Shown in pieces: positions 18,385-27,425 of a stretch of 64,000 bases of DNA (position 1 is its first letter; every line of letters starts with the position of its first letter). The translations under genes and the position numbers were made by a program. A model generated the notes under the pieces. The model was not told the origin of the DNA. It made no database searches and saw only the letters and a program-made list of their open reading frames with translations. This DNA comes from Thermoprotei archaeon. Lineage in GTDB: Archaea > Thermoproteota > Thermoprotei > Thermoproteales > B15-G16. The DNA lies in the NCBI GenBank assembly GCA_003649205.1, contig QMRC01000001.1, forward strand, positions 1 through 64,000, in the 5' to 3' direction.

Positions 18385-19713
18385 CTACTCAATAATTAGC
18401 TTACCATCAACTACCTTTATCTCGTAGGCACCAGTTTCGTGTCTAGATTTCTTTGCCTTCACTACACTAATCATTCTCCTAACTCTCTGGTTACTAAAGT
18501 CAAGCCACATAGCAATGACGTTATCTACTAGCGCTAAGAGAGGTAAGCTAAGTCCGGTCTCGATGTCCCATAGTAACGTAATAAATGAGGTAGCACCTAC
18601 ACTCCTAAGTAGCTTAATGATCTGTACGAGAGTACTATACCCCTCATTATCGTATGTGATGAGTACATGCTGTGCATTATCTAGAGCAATTCTCAATGGT
18701 TTAGTGTGGTCAATAACCTCACTAAGGTACTTCACGAGTTCTCGAGGTGTATACCTGTAGGTATCAACTGCGACAACTCTGAATCTCTCTTCAATGCTAG
18801 GTACATCAATACCATAGGTAGTCCTAACGTAACTCCATAAGTCCTCAGTAGACTCACCAAAGTCTATGTAAAGTACATTCTCACCGGCTCTAGCACCATG
18901 TATAAGAAAGTGCAGAGCAAGTAAGCTCTTCCCCACACCAGAAGGACCGAGAAGTAGCGTTACAGATCCTCTATACACTCCACCCCCAAGTACCTCATCC
19001 AACTTAGGTACACCAGTGGATACCCTCAGGGAAGTACCGCTATACACGCCTCTAAATGCGTGTGTGGTTAATAGCTCAATACCTCTACTTCCGAGAGTGA
19101 ATTCGTAACGTACCTTCTCAACAACCCTACCCCTAAACTTCTGCACCTTAAGGAACCTACGTACCCTATCTTCCCAATACTCCGTACTAAGCTCCAACAC
19201 AACGTCAGCTAGATACTGCTCGAAACCGAGTCCCGGTACTTCGGAGATGAAGATGGTAGTAGTACCAAGAGGTTTAAGTCCATACACAGTAAATACCTGT
19301 AATGCAGCTCTAGCCTCTCGCTCAGGTACACCAGCAGTTAGAGCAGTTACACTATCAATAACCAGCCTAGAAGCACGATACTCACCTAACTTCTCTAAAA
19401 TAGCTGCAAAGACCTCTTCAAGACACTTAACTTCACGAGGTATAGGTACGTGAATGTAGTAGAATAAGTTCTTCCTCTCAAGTTCCTTAAAGTTCATGCC
19501 CATACTAGCCATGTGCTCGAGAAACTCATCCCTCCTCTCATACGTACTCACGTAGAGACCTACCTCTCCCCTCAACGCTCCATGATATATGAACTGTGCT
19601 GCGAGAGTAGTCTTACCTGTACCTGAAGCACCTTTAATGAGAATTAGTGAACCTCTAGGAATAGCAGCAAAAAGATCATCTACAGTACGCACCTCTAAGG
19701 TATGAGAACACAT
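18385..19713 (-). CDS. Two-domain KaiC/RAD55-family ATPase
   Basis: Walker A GASGTGKT and GPSGVGKS, VIDS, STGVPKLDEVLGGG, KFRG. Confidence 0.9.
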   Translation of the reverse strand: MCSHTLEVRTVDDLFAAIPRGSLILIKGASGTGKTTLAAQFIYHGALRGEVGLYVSTYERRDEFLEHMASMGMNFKELERKNLFYYIHVPIPREVKCLEEVFAAILEKLGEYRASRLVIDSVTALTAGVPEREARAALQVFTVYGLKPLGTTTIFISEVPGLGFEQYLADVVLELSTEYWEDRVRRFLKVQKFRGRVVEKVRYEFTLGSRGIELLTTHAFRGVYSGTSLRVSTGVPKLDEVLGGGVYRGSVTLLLGPSGVGKSLLALHFLIHGARAGENVLYIDFGESTEDLWSYVRTTYGIDVPSIEERFRVVAVDTYRYTPRELVKYLSEVIDHTKPLRIALDNAQHVLITYDNEGYSTLVQIIKLLRSVGATSFITLLWDIETGLSLPLLALVDNVIAMWLDFSNQRVRRMISVVKAKKSRHETGAYEIKVVDGKLIIE

Positions 19714-19716
19714 TAA

Positions 19717-20364
19717 CTATTCCCTCACTAGACCATACCTACGCAGAACCTCAATGCATTTCCTAACAACTTCCTCGATAGGACCTGTAGCATCGACATC
19801 AACTAGAATACCCCTTTCCCTATAGTACTCAATGATAGGTCTCATCTGCTCTCTATACACCTCCAACCTACGCCTAATGACTTCAGGCCTATCATCCTCC
19901 CTCTGATACAGTTCACCACCACACACATCACACCTACCGGGAATCCTAGGTGGTCTGAACTTGACGTGATATATAGCACCACAATTCCTACATATCCTTC
20001 TACCACTCAACCTCTCAATGATAACCTCGTCAGGAGCTACGAAATTAAGCACCAGATCTATCTTCACAATCCTATCCAACTCAATAGCTTGTCTAAGAGT
20101 CCTTGGAAATCCATCTAGAATGAATCCTCTCTTACAGTCGTCCATAGACAACCTACGTCTAACAACCTCAATCACAACCTCATCAGGAACTAACTCACCA
20201 CGTTCAACATACTCCTTAACCAACCTACCGAGTTCTGAACCACGCTTAATCTCCTCACGAAAGATATCGCCGGTAGAGATGTGCGGAATACCATATCTCT
20301 TCGACAGCTCACTAGCATAAGAACCCTTGCCAATGCCAGGTGGCCCTATGAACACTAATCTCAT
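19717..20364 (-). CDS. adk: Adenylate kinase, bacterial long-lid type
   Basis: GPPGIGKG, HISTGD, LDGFPRT, CxxC...CxxC lid, QREDD. Confidence 0.95.
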   Translation of the reverse strand: MRLVFIGPPGIGKGSYASELSKRYGIPHISTGDIFREEIKRGSELGRLVKEYVERGELVPDEVVIEVVRRRLSMDDCKRGFILDGFPRTLRQAIELDRIVKIDLVLNFVAPDEVIIERLSGRRICRNCGAIYHVKFRPPRIPGRCDVCGGELYQREDDRPEVIRRRLEVYREQMRPIIEYYRERGILVDVDATGPIEEVVRKCIEVLRRYGLVRE

Positions 20365-20494
20365 GTGTAGCCTCTTTCAAGTCATCTCATAAAAGGTTTA
20401 CTCAGGACAAATTGAGGTCAAGTTCCATAGTTTGCACATTGAGAATCTACATAACTAACATATAGTCGACACGTGGAACTCTGTGTAGGGGAAA

Positions 20495-20890
20495 ATGAAG
20501 AGAACTCAACTACAGGTCATGATATCAGACATAGAGACCTGTATACCGCTCCTACTAAATCAAGTACGAAACGTTCGTAGTGTCCTCGTAGTAAGTGATG
20601 GAGAGAGCTTTGTAGCAACATCATTGAGAAGAGCTGGGGTAAATATGCTTGTGATTAGTAGTGATGCCAATACCTTGAAGGTAGAGCTTGACTTAGTTAA
20701 ACCAGGTATTGCAGTAATTGAAGTACCTGCTGAAGTTAGTAGGTGTAGGTTAAGTAATGTAGCTTACATAGTTAGAAGATTAATTGAGGAAGGAATATCG
20801 ACACTAGTCATCGGTAAGAAAGTACCTAGAGAGCTAGTTGATTTAGCCAACAAGGTTTTAGTCCTACATACAGGAAAGACTTATCCGTGA
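20495..20890 (+). CDS. Hypothetical alpha/beta protein
   Basis: 131 aa ORF with purine-rich upstream sequence; alternating alpha/beta pattern. Confidence 0.6.
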   Translation: MKRTQLQVMISDIETCIPLLLNQVRNVRSVLVVSDGESFVATSLRRAGVNMLVISSDANTLKVELDLVKPGIAVIEVPAEVSRCRLSNVAYIVRRLIEEGISTLVIGKKVPRELVDLANKVLVLHTGKTYP

Positions 20891-20899
20891 GGTGTCATC

Positions 20900-21247
20900 A
20901 TGAAGTTAGTTGAGCACTATGACTTCGGTACCATAGTGATAGGTGGTAGGAGATACTTTAGGGACCTCATAGTAACGCCAACTAGGATAATAGAGAATTG
21001 GTGGAGAAGAGAAGGTCATAGGGTGTGTCTTGAAGATATTCGTGATTTACTTAGTGAAGATATCGAGTACTTGGTCATAGGTACTGGCTACAGTGGTTTA
21101 GTTGAAGTTGATGAAGAGGTGGTTGAGGAATTTAATAAAAGAGGTGTTAAGGTAGTTATCAAGCCTTCTAGAGAAGCCATTGAGGAGTACAATAGACTGG
21201 TTAGAGACGGTAAGAAGGTTGCCTTAGCAATCCACCTAACGTGTTAG
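20900..21247 (+). CDS. Mth938-like (DUF498) protein
   Basis: FGTIVIGG, WWRREGH, VIGTG, AIHLTC. Confidence 0.92.
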   Translation: MKLVEHYDFGTIVIGGRRYFRDLIVTPTRIIENWWRREGHRVCLEDIRDLLSEDIEYLVIGTGYSGLVEVDEEVVEEFNKRGVKVVIKPSREAIEEYNRLVRDGKKVALAIHLTC

Positions 21248-21292
21248 CTAGGTACTTAAATGACTTGTTAAACTCGCTCTTGGTGATTCGCT

Positions 21293-21697
21293 TTGAGCAA
21301 GCCTAATGTTGAGGGAAAGGTTGAGGAAACTAAGAGGGTTAAGAAGCGTAGAGAGAGGTGGTCGTGGGAAATCTTTGTTGGGTGTATGTTTGTCGGTATT
21401 GGGTTAGGTATTCTCGTTGGTGAGACCGGTGCATTTACAATGTTTGGTATGGGAATTGGCTTCATCCTAGCATCTCTCATCAGATTTGAGAGAGCAAAGT
21501 TCGTAATTACAGTACCTAGATCAGTTGGTAGCGCAGTCGTCATTGCTATAGGGCTTCTCCTCATACTACTTGGTCTAAATCTCATGGGTGTTGTGACCAT
21601 AGAGATTACTAAGCTAGTAGCTGGTTTCGTACTCATCCTACTTGGAGCGGCAGTGATGTTGATTGGTCTGAGAATCTCAGGAATTAGAATTGAGTAG
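21293..21697 (+). CDS. Small membrane protein
   Basis: About four Gly-rich TM helices (FVGCMFVGIGLG...GMGIG). Confidence 0.7.
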   Translation: MSKPNVEGKVEETKRVKKRRERWSWEIFVGCMFVGIGLGILVGETGAFTMFGMGIGFILASLIRFERAKFVITVPRSVGSAVVIAIGLLLILLGLNLMGVVTIEITKLVAGFVLILLGAAVMLIGLRISGIRIE

Positions 21698-21710
21698 AGG
21701 AGATAGTGCT

Positions 21711-21817
21711 TGGCGGCCCCGCCGGGATTTGAACCCGGGACCTGCGGCTTAGGAGGCATTCGGTACCGAGGTATGAGGCCCCGGTATCGCCGCCCTTCCA
21801 GGCTAGGCCACGGGGCC
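21711..21817 (-). tRNA. tRNA-Arg(CCT) with 30-nt non-canonical intron at 29/30 (21758-21787)
   Basis: Removing ATACCGGGGCCTCATACCTCGGTACCGAAT restores GCGGC-CT-CCT-AA-GCCGC. The intron forms a relaxed BHB with an 8-bp h' stem. CCA is encoded. Confidence 0.92.
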
Positions 21818-21925
21818 TATCCTCGCTAATCATCTACTATGGGGTTTTTGTTCTTTTCCCTTAGTTCTCCATTGTTTGGACTTACCTTTATTTACCTTTA
21901 CTGAGGGTCACGTTTTGGTGGTACA

Positions 21926-23566
21926 GTGATTTCTCGGAAGCTTCTAATTGCGATTATTCTCGTAATAATTCCTGTTACAGTGATTGGTCTGTACCTATCA
22001 TGTAAGGCTACTAGTGTTAGTGAGGAAATCATACCGAAGGTACCTACTTATGAGGTTACGAACTACATTGCTCTACTCAAGATCGTAGGCTCCATTGCTA
22101 ATGAGACACAGGTATGGGATTTACTGACTAAGATAAGGTTCCTCAAGTCCTGTGAAGAGGTTAAGGGTGTTGTACTGTACATTGACTCTCCTGGTGGTGT
22201 TGCTGCGTATGTTCAGGAGATATACCTAGCAATTAGGGACTTAGATAGCTGTAAACCTGTTGTTGCTTACGTTAGCTCAATGGCTCTCTCAGGTGGGTAC
22301 CACATTGCTGTTGCTGCGAGGAAGATTATTGTTGCTCCTGCGTCAATGATCGGTAATGTAGGTGTTATTGGTTTCGTTCCTCCAAAACCAACACCGAGAG
22401 TAGATGTCCTTGAGACAGGGCCACTGAAGCAAACTGGGTTAACTAGGAGCTCAGTTGTTGAAGCTATAAAGAAGCTACTTGATGAGTTCGTTAATGCCGT
22501 AGTGAGTTCACGAAGAGTAACTATACCGATTACGGAGCTTGCTAGTGGGAGAATATTCATTGGTCTAGATGCTGTTGAGTATGGACTGGCAGACATGGTT
22601 GGTTCGATATTTGATGCTGTGGAGGAAGCAGCGAAATTAGCAGGTGTCACAGAGTACAGAGTTGTATCGTGTGAGGAACTCATGGAGAAAGTGCAGACAG
22701 AAAGGGTAGAGGATCAGTGTGAGGAGATCTCTACTGACATCATTAAGTCAATCAGACAAGCACTAGATAGAGGGCACGTAATGTTCTACATCTATGTACC
22801 ACCGAGTAGAGTACATGAACTAGGTACTGAATTGGTTGCTACAGAAGGTCTAGATGTAGTCTCAACTAAGTACAGTTGGAGAAGCAGTTCAGAAGGGAAG
22901 ACTGTAGTCATAGATCTAGCACATACCACCTCCCTATACCTAGATGAGGTAGAGCCTCTCATAAAGTATCTACTCAGTAACAACGTTACAGTACTGTACC
23001 TACTCAATACCAAGTACATAGATACCATACTCGAGAAAGCACAGGCATACATCGTACTAGCTCCAACAAAGGTCTATAGCTACGATGAGGTTGTTAAGTT
23101 GAGGAGATTTGTTGAGAAAGGAGGAAAGCTACTCCTAGTAGCTGATCCAGAGCGAGGTAACACACTAGCAATAAACACTCTAGCATCAACGTTCAAGATA
23201 CAGTTTAGTACAGGCTACCTATACATACCACCATACAGCATTGAGAATCAGACAAATTACCGAGATGTAATTGGTGAGGTAGCTCAAGAACACGAGATCA
23301 CTAAGGGTATTACCAAACTACTCCTCCACACAGCAACCTACATACAGCTAGGTACAGACTACATACCCCTAATCAAGGTAAGCGCCTACTCAACAACCAA
23401 CTGGAAGAGAGGTGAGTACGTAGTCATGGCAGTATCGAAGAACGGTAGAGTAGTAGCTCTAGCAGACTTATCACCACTAGAAACCGCATACGTAAGTGAA
23501 TTCGATAACGAGAAACTACTACAGAACGTAGTGAAGTTCCTAATGAGTAATGAGGCAAAGACTTAA
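21926..23566 (+). CDS. S49 (SppA-like) peptidase fused to a C-terminal GATase1/DUF4350-like domain
   Basis: TM anchor, IDSPGG, ALSGGY, GPLK, GRIFIG; C-terminal VIDLAH...FVEKGGKLLLVAD...FDNEKLLQN. Confidence 0.8.
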   Translation: MISRKLLIAIILVIIPVTVIGLYLSCKATSVSEEIIPKVPTYEVTNYIALLKIVGSIANETQVWDLLTKIRFLKSCEEVKGVVLYIDSPGGVAAYVQEIYLAIRDLDSCKPVVAYVSSMALSGGYHIAVAARKIIVAPASMIGNVGVIGFVPPKPTPRVDVLETGPLKQTGLTRSSVVEAIKKLLDEFVNAVVSSRRVTIPITELASGRIFIGLDAVEYGLADMVGSIFDAVEEAAKLAGVTEYRVVSCEELMEKVQTERVEDQCEEISTDIIKSIRQALDRGHVMFYIYVPPSRVHELGTELVATEGLDVVSTKYSWRSSSEGKTVVIDLAHTTSLYLDEVEPLIKYLLSNNVTVLYLLNTKYIDTILEKAQAYIVLAPTKVYSYDEVVKLRRFVEKGGKLLLVADPERGNTLAINTLASTFKIQFSTGYLYIPPYSIENQTNYRDVIGEVAQEHEITKGITKLLLHTATYIQLGTDYIPLIKVSAYSTTNWKRGEYVVMAVSKNGRVVALADLSPLETAYVSEFDNEKLLQNVVKFLMSNEAKT

Positions 23567-23609
23567 TAACCCACAAGACACAGTTCAGAACCGCCCGAGA
23601 GGGGGGAAT

Positions 23610-23738
23610 CCCGGTACCCCGGCCATAGCCGGCGGGTCCCACCCGGTCTCATACCGAACCCGGAAGTTAAACCGCCGGCCGCCGTCGGGAGTACTGGGGT
23701 CCGCGAGGCCCCGGGAAACCGCGGTGCTGGGGGCCGGG
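23610..23738 (+). rRNA. rrf: 5S rRNA (stand-alone; ends approximate)
   Basis: GGCCATAGC...CACCCGGTCTCATACCGAACCCGGAAGTTAA...GTACTGGGGTCCGCGAGGCCCCGGGAAAC...TGCTG are archaeal 5S conserved elements. TATA (acttaataa) at about 23561-23569. Confidence 0.95.
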
Positions 23739-23860
23739 CTCTAGCCCTCTCGGGCTCTAAATCAAACTCCTAACTGCTTCTTCCACTAACTCCTCCTGTA
23801 CGTCACTGCTGTAGGTGTTGACGTAAACTTTAAGATATACACACTTGTTGACACTTTAGA

Positions 23861-23954
23861 GCCCCGGTAGCTCAGCCTGGTTAGAGCGCCGTCCTGGTAA
23901 TGTCGGCAGCCAGATAGACGGAGGTCCCGGGTTCAAATCCCGGCCGGGGCTCCA
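23861..23954 (+). tRNA. tRNA-Thr(GGT) with 16-nt canonical 37/38 intron (23900-23915)
   Basis: CCGTC-CT-GGT-A|ATGTCGGCAGCCAGAT|A-GACGG; CTGG/CCAG central helix; CCA encoded. Confidence 0.93.
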
Positions 23955-23975
23955 TCCCCAATACTTGTCTCGCAG

Positions 23976-24566
23976 CTACTGAATGGGTACGTAGGTATGT
24001 AGACTTCTCCTCTTGGTTCCTCGTCTATGTACGTATTGCTCAAGTAGGTATGTGAGGGTTATTGCTGAAGTATTGAGTATTACGGTCTGTAGTAGCAGTA
24101 TTGTTAATGGCACTGTTCTATAGCCTAGTACCCTAGCTAGGTAACCTGTAGCCTTATTGATCAACCAAGGGAATTCCTGCGGTGGTGCCTTCAGCTGTAT
24201 TACGAAGTAGAGTATATCCTCTAGACCTGATGCTAGCTGAACCTCTGCTAGAAACATCGTCTCGAGGATAGGTAGTAGCCTCAAATTCGCTTCCAACACC
24301 TTACTAGCAATGTAGACGAACATGAGTATTGTCGGTGGTAAGAATGCTAGTACTGTGTGCCAGTACACGAGACACCTATCTAAGTGGGTATACTCTAGGT
24401 AGGTCATGCACATCGCTGATTGTGGTAATTTCTTAAGTGTAAGTACGACAGTTCTCTTAGCAACGTACTCAACAACAACTACGTCTAGAGCTGTCACAAC
24501 TAATGTAACAGCTACAGCTGATGCTGTTAAGCGAAGTACCTTAACTACACTTCTCTCTTTTCTCAT
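23976..24566 (-). CDS. Hypothetical membrane protein
   Basis: About four TM segments; GLEDILYF...FPWL motif. Confidence 0.6.
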   Translation of the reverse strand: MRKERSVVKVLRLTASAVAVTLVVTALDVVVVEYVAKRTVVLTLKKLPQSAMCMTYLEYTHLDRCLVYWHTVLAFLPPTILMFVYIASKVLEANLRLLPILETMFLAEVQLASGLEDILYFVIQLKAPPQEFPWLINKATGYLARVLGYRTVPLTILLLQTVILNTSAITLTYLLEQYVHRRGTKRRSLHTYVPIQ

Positions 24567-24621
24567 CTCATGTGGGGAAAAGTGGGAAATTCATTATCTC
24601 AGTTAACTCAGGTCATCTCAA

Positions 24622-25950
24622 CTATATGGTACCCATTTCCCAAGACTTCAGATACCTCTCTTGCTCGGGTGTCAATGTATCTATCTCAACACCTAAACAC
24701 TCTAACTTTAACCTAGCAACCAGCTCATCAATCTCCGCAGGAACTCTATACACATCAGGTCTCATCTCCTTACCATGCTCAACAAGGTACCTTACGGATA
24801 GTGCTTGGTTCGCGAATGACATATCCATTACCTCACTTGGATGACCTTCAGCACAGACCAAGTTCACTAACCTACCCTCACCAAGTAGATACAGTCTCTT
24901 ACCATTCTTGAGTCTATACTCAACTACGTTAGGTCTAATTTCCCTCTTCTCAATAGCTAGCTCCTCGAGATCAGGTATCCACACCTCGACATTGAAGTGA
25001 CCTGCATTACACAGTATTGCCCCATCCTTCATCTTCTCCATATGTTCCTTCCTAATCACCTTGATGTTGCCAGTAGCCGTAATGAAGACGTCACCGATCT
25101 CAGCTGCTTTAGACATTGGCATGACTTCAAAGCCATCGTAGAGTGCTTCCAGTGCTCTAATTGGATTGACTTCAGTCACTATGACCCTAGCACCCATACC
25201 CCTAGCTCTCATAGCTATACCTCTACCAACCCAACCGTAACCAGCTACAACAACTACCTTACCTGCAAGTAGTATGTTCGTAGCTCTGAGAATACCATCT
25301 ATTGTGCTCTGGCCTGTACCGTACCTATTATCAAAGAGGTACTTCGTGTACGCATCATTAACAGCTATTATCGGGTACCTGAGCATACCTGCCCTCGCCA
25401 TTGCTCTAAGCCTAGTGACACCTGTTGTAGTCTCCTCTGTTCCACCCCTTACCTTGGAGATGAGCTTCTCGAAGTCTAGCTCACCAGTCACCTTCTTAGC
25501 TATTTCCGTTTCCATAGTTTTCTCACCACGAGCGAGTTTGTGTAGTGTCGTCACTAGATCAGCACCATCATCTATGGTTACATCAGGTTCAGCAGATATC
25601 ACATGAGCAATAGCTGAGTAGTACTCCTCAGTACTCATCCCTCTCCAAGCAAATACGTGAATACCATCCTCAACAAGTGCAGCAGCTACCTCGTCCTGAG
25701 TAGAGAGTGGATTGGATGCACATAGGTAGACCTCAGCGCCACCAGCCTTCAACGTCCTAACTAACACTGCTGTTTCCTTAGTGACGTGTAGACAAGCACC
25801 AACAGTAATACCCTTCAGCGGTTTCTCCTTCTCAAACATCTCCCTTATCCTCAGCAGTACAGGCATGTGCCTCTCAGCCCACTCAATCTGCAACCTACCT
25901 CTACTAGCTAAGCTCAGGTCCTTAACCCAGTACTCACGAACCATGCTCAC
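24622..25950 (-). CDS. ahcY: S-adenosylhomocysteine hydrolase
   Basis: [44 protein letters not shown]. Confidence 0.98.
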   Translation of the reverse strand: MSMVREYWVKDLSLASRGRLQIEWAERHMPVLLRIREMFEKEKPLKGITVGACLHVTKETAVLVRTLKAGGAEVYLCASNPLSTQDEVAAALVEDGIHVFAWRGMSTEEYYSAIAHVISAEPDVTIDDGADLVTTLHKLARGEKTMETEIAKKVTGELDFEKLISKVRGGTEETTTGVTRLRAMARAGMLRYPIIAVNDAYTKYLFDNRYGTGQSTIDGILRATNILLAGKVVVVAGYGWVGRGIAMRARGMGARVIVTEVNPIRALEALYDGFEVMPMSKAAEIGDVFITATGNIKVIRKEHMEKMKDGAILCNAGHFNVEVWIPDLEELAIEKREIRPNVVEYRLKNGKRLYLLGEGRLVNLVCAEGHPSEVMDMSFANQALSVRYLVEHGKEMRPDVYRVPAEIDELVARLKLECLGVEIDTLTPEQERYLKSWEMGTI

Positions 25951-26079
25951 ACCGAGGAAGTGAGTACTGAACTCAACCTTATTAAATGTGCTAACTACGT
26001 ATGGTAAGCTCCTTAAACACTTGCTAAAGACAGGTATGAGGTAGGAAAGGAGGAGACTACAGCTTTGCAGAGCTGGGTG

Positions 26080-26898
26080 TTAGAGGAATGCGTACCTAAG
26101 TACCTCTTCACACTTACAGTGTCTCTCTCTTGGTATCTTCGGAATGACTTCGTATAGTAGCTTCTTTGCCTTTTCAACGTTCTCCTTCATAACTCTAACA
26201 ACTTCTTCAGCTGTTACGATTCTCTCAGCCCAAATATCGTAGTCTGTGACCATGCATATAGATACGTAGCACATACCTAGCTCTCTAGCTAGATTTATCT
26301 CAGGTACCAACGTCATACCGATTATGTCGCACTTGAAGACTTCCTTCCATATCCTAGACTCAGCTAGGGTCGAGAACCTAGGTCCCTCAATGCATATGTA
26401 GGTCCCTCTCTCGTGTATCGTTATCCCAAGTGCTCTTGCTGTCTCTAGAACTATCTTCCTTAACTCAGGACAGAAGGGCTCAAGACCAATCTGTACGTGA
26501 GCTACAACAGGTCCCTCATAGAACGTGTAGTCTCTTCTCTTAGTCATATCGATGAACTGATCTGGTAGAACGAAGTCACCTGGTTTGTAGTCCTCTCTAA
26601 GTGATCCAACAGCTGAAACAGCAACAATCCTCTTAACACCTAGCTGATGTAGAGCCCAGATATTTGCTCTGTAATTTACCCTATGTGGAGGCACTCTATG
26701 ACCTCTACCATGTCTCGGTAAGAACGCTACTCTCTTCCCTCTAACAGTTCCAATGATGATGTTGTCACTGGGTAAACCCCAAGGTGTGTACACCTTGACC
26801 TCAGTAACCTCCTCGAAGATACCTGGATCGTACAGTCCTGAACCACCGATAATACCTACCTCAGGTCTCTCCTTAACCTCAGGAACCGTAACAACCAT
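26080..26898 (-). CDS. mtnP: S-methyl-5'-thioadenosine phosphorylase
   Basis: IIGGSG, PRHGRGH, EGPRFST, GMT, VTDYD. Confidence 0.95.
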   Translation of the reverse strand: MVVTVPEVKERPEVGIIGGSGLYDPGIFEEVTEVKVYTPWGLPSDNIIIGTVRGKRVAFLPRHGRGHRVPPHRVNYRANIWALHQLGVKRIVAVSAVGSLREDYKPGDFVLPDQFIDMTKRRDYTFYEGPVVAHVQIGLEPFCPELRKIVLETARALGITIHERGTYICIEGPRFSTLAESRIWKEVFKCDIIGMTLVPEINLARELGMCYVSICMVTDYDIWAERIVTAEEVVRVMKENVEKAKKLLYEVIPKIPRERHCKCEEVLRYAFL

Positions 26899-26947
26899 TC
26901 AATCACCGAGAACAACTCTGAGATAGACATAGCTTTAAAGATTTAGC

Positions 26948-26996
26948 TCAGCAGTATCGGGAATCCTCATCAATCAGATTCAAAGGACCTCATCAC
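26948..26996 (-). ncRNA. Box C/D sRNA
   Basis: Minus strand GTGATGA-ggtcctttgaat-CTGA-TTGATGA-ggattcccgatactg-CTGA. Confidence 0.85.
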
Positions 26997-27032
26997 CACA
27001 ATTAATTACAGAAACAAACACACCTAAATAAC

Positions 27033-27425
27033 TTGGTGAACGACATGAGAATGAGCATCTACGAATTCCCAAACACATACCAACTATACGTAATAGTAGA
27101 GCTAACAACAGAGAACGAGAAGACAACACTAGACAACTACCTATCAAACACCAGTACACTAGAGAAGAAACTACAGAACTTTATGAAGAGCATAGATGCT
27201 AGGTACTGGAAGGTAGCACATGGAGTAGCTCACTTCGACAAAGAACTACCCTACACCTACATAGAGTTCGAGGTAGAAACCAACTACACAACCTACCGCA
27301 TAGAACTCCTACCATCATCCATAACACTAGTAACCAACTCCACACCACATGAAGCAGTTAAGGTACTCGAACAACTTCTAGAACACGTACTGAACATTGA
27401 GTTCACCTCAGCAAAAAGCCAATAG
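27033..27425 (+). CDS. Hypothetical protein
   Basis: 130 aa; RBS-like ggtga upstream of internal ATG (about 27045). Confidence 0.55.
   Translation: MVNDMRMSIYEFPNTYQLYVIVELTTENEKTTLDNYLSNTSTLEKKLQNFMKSIDARYWKVAHGVAHFDKELPYTYIEFEVETNYTTYRIELLPSSITLVTNSTPHEAVKVLEQLLEHVLNIEFTSAKSQ

Noticed and set aside
21268-21759. 163-aa minus-strand ORF
   Set aside because: It begins inside tRNA-Arg and is antisense to the real membrane protein gene.
23424-23744. ORFs 23424..23642 and 23550..23744
   Set aside because: They overlap the 5S rRNA.
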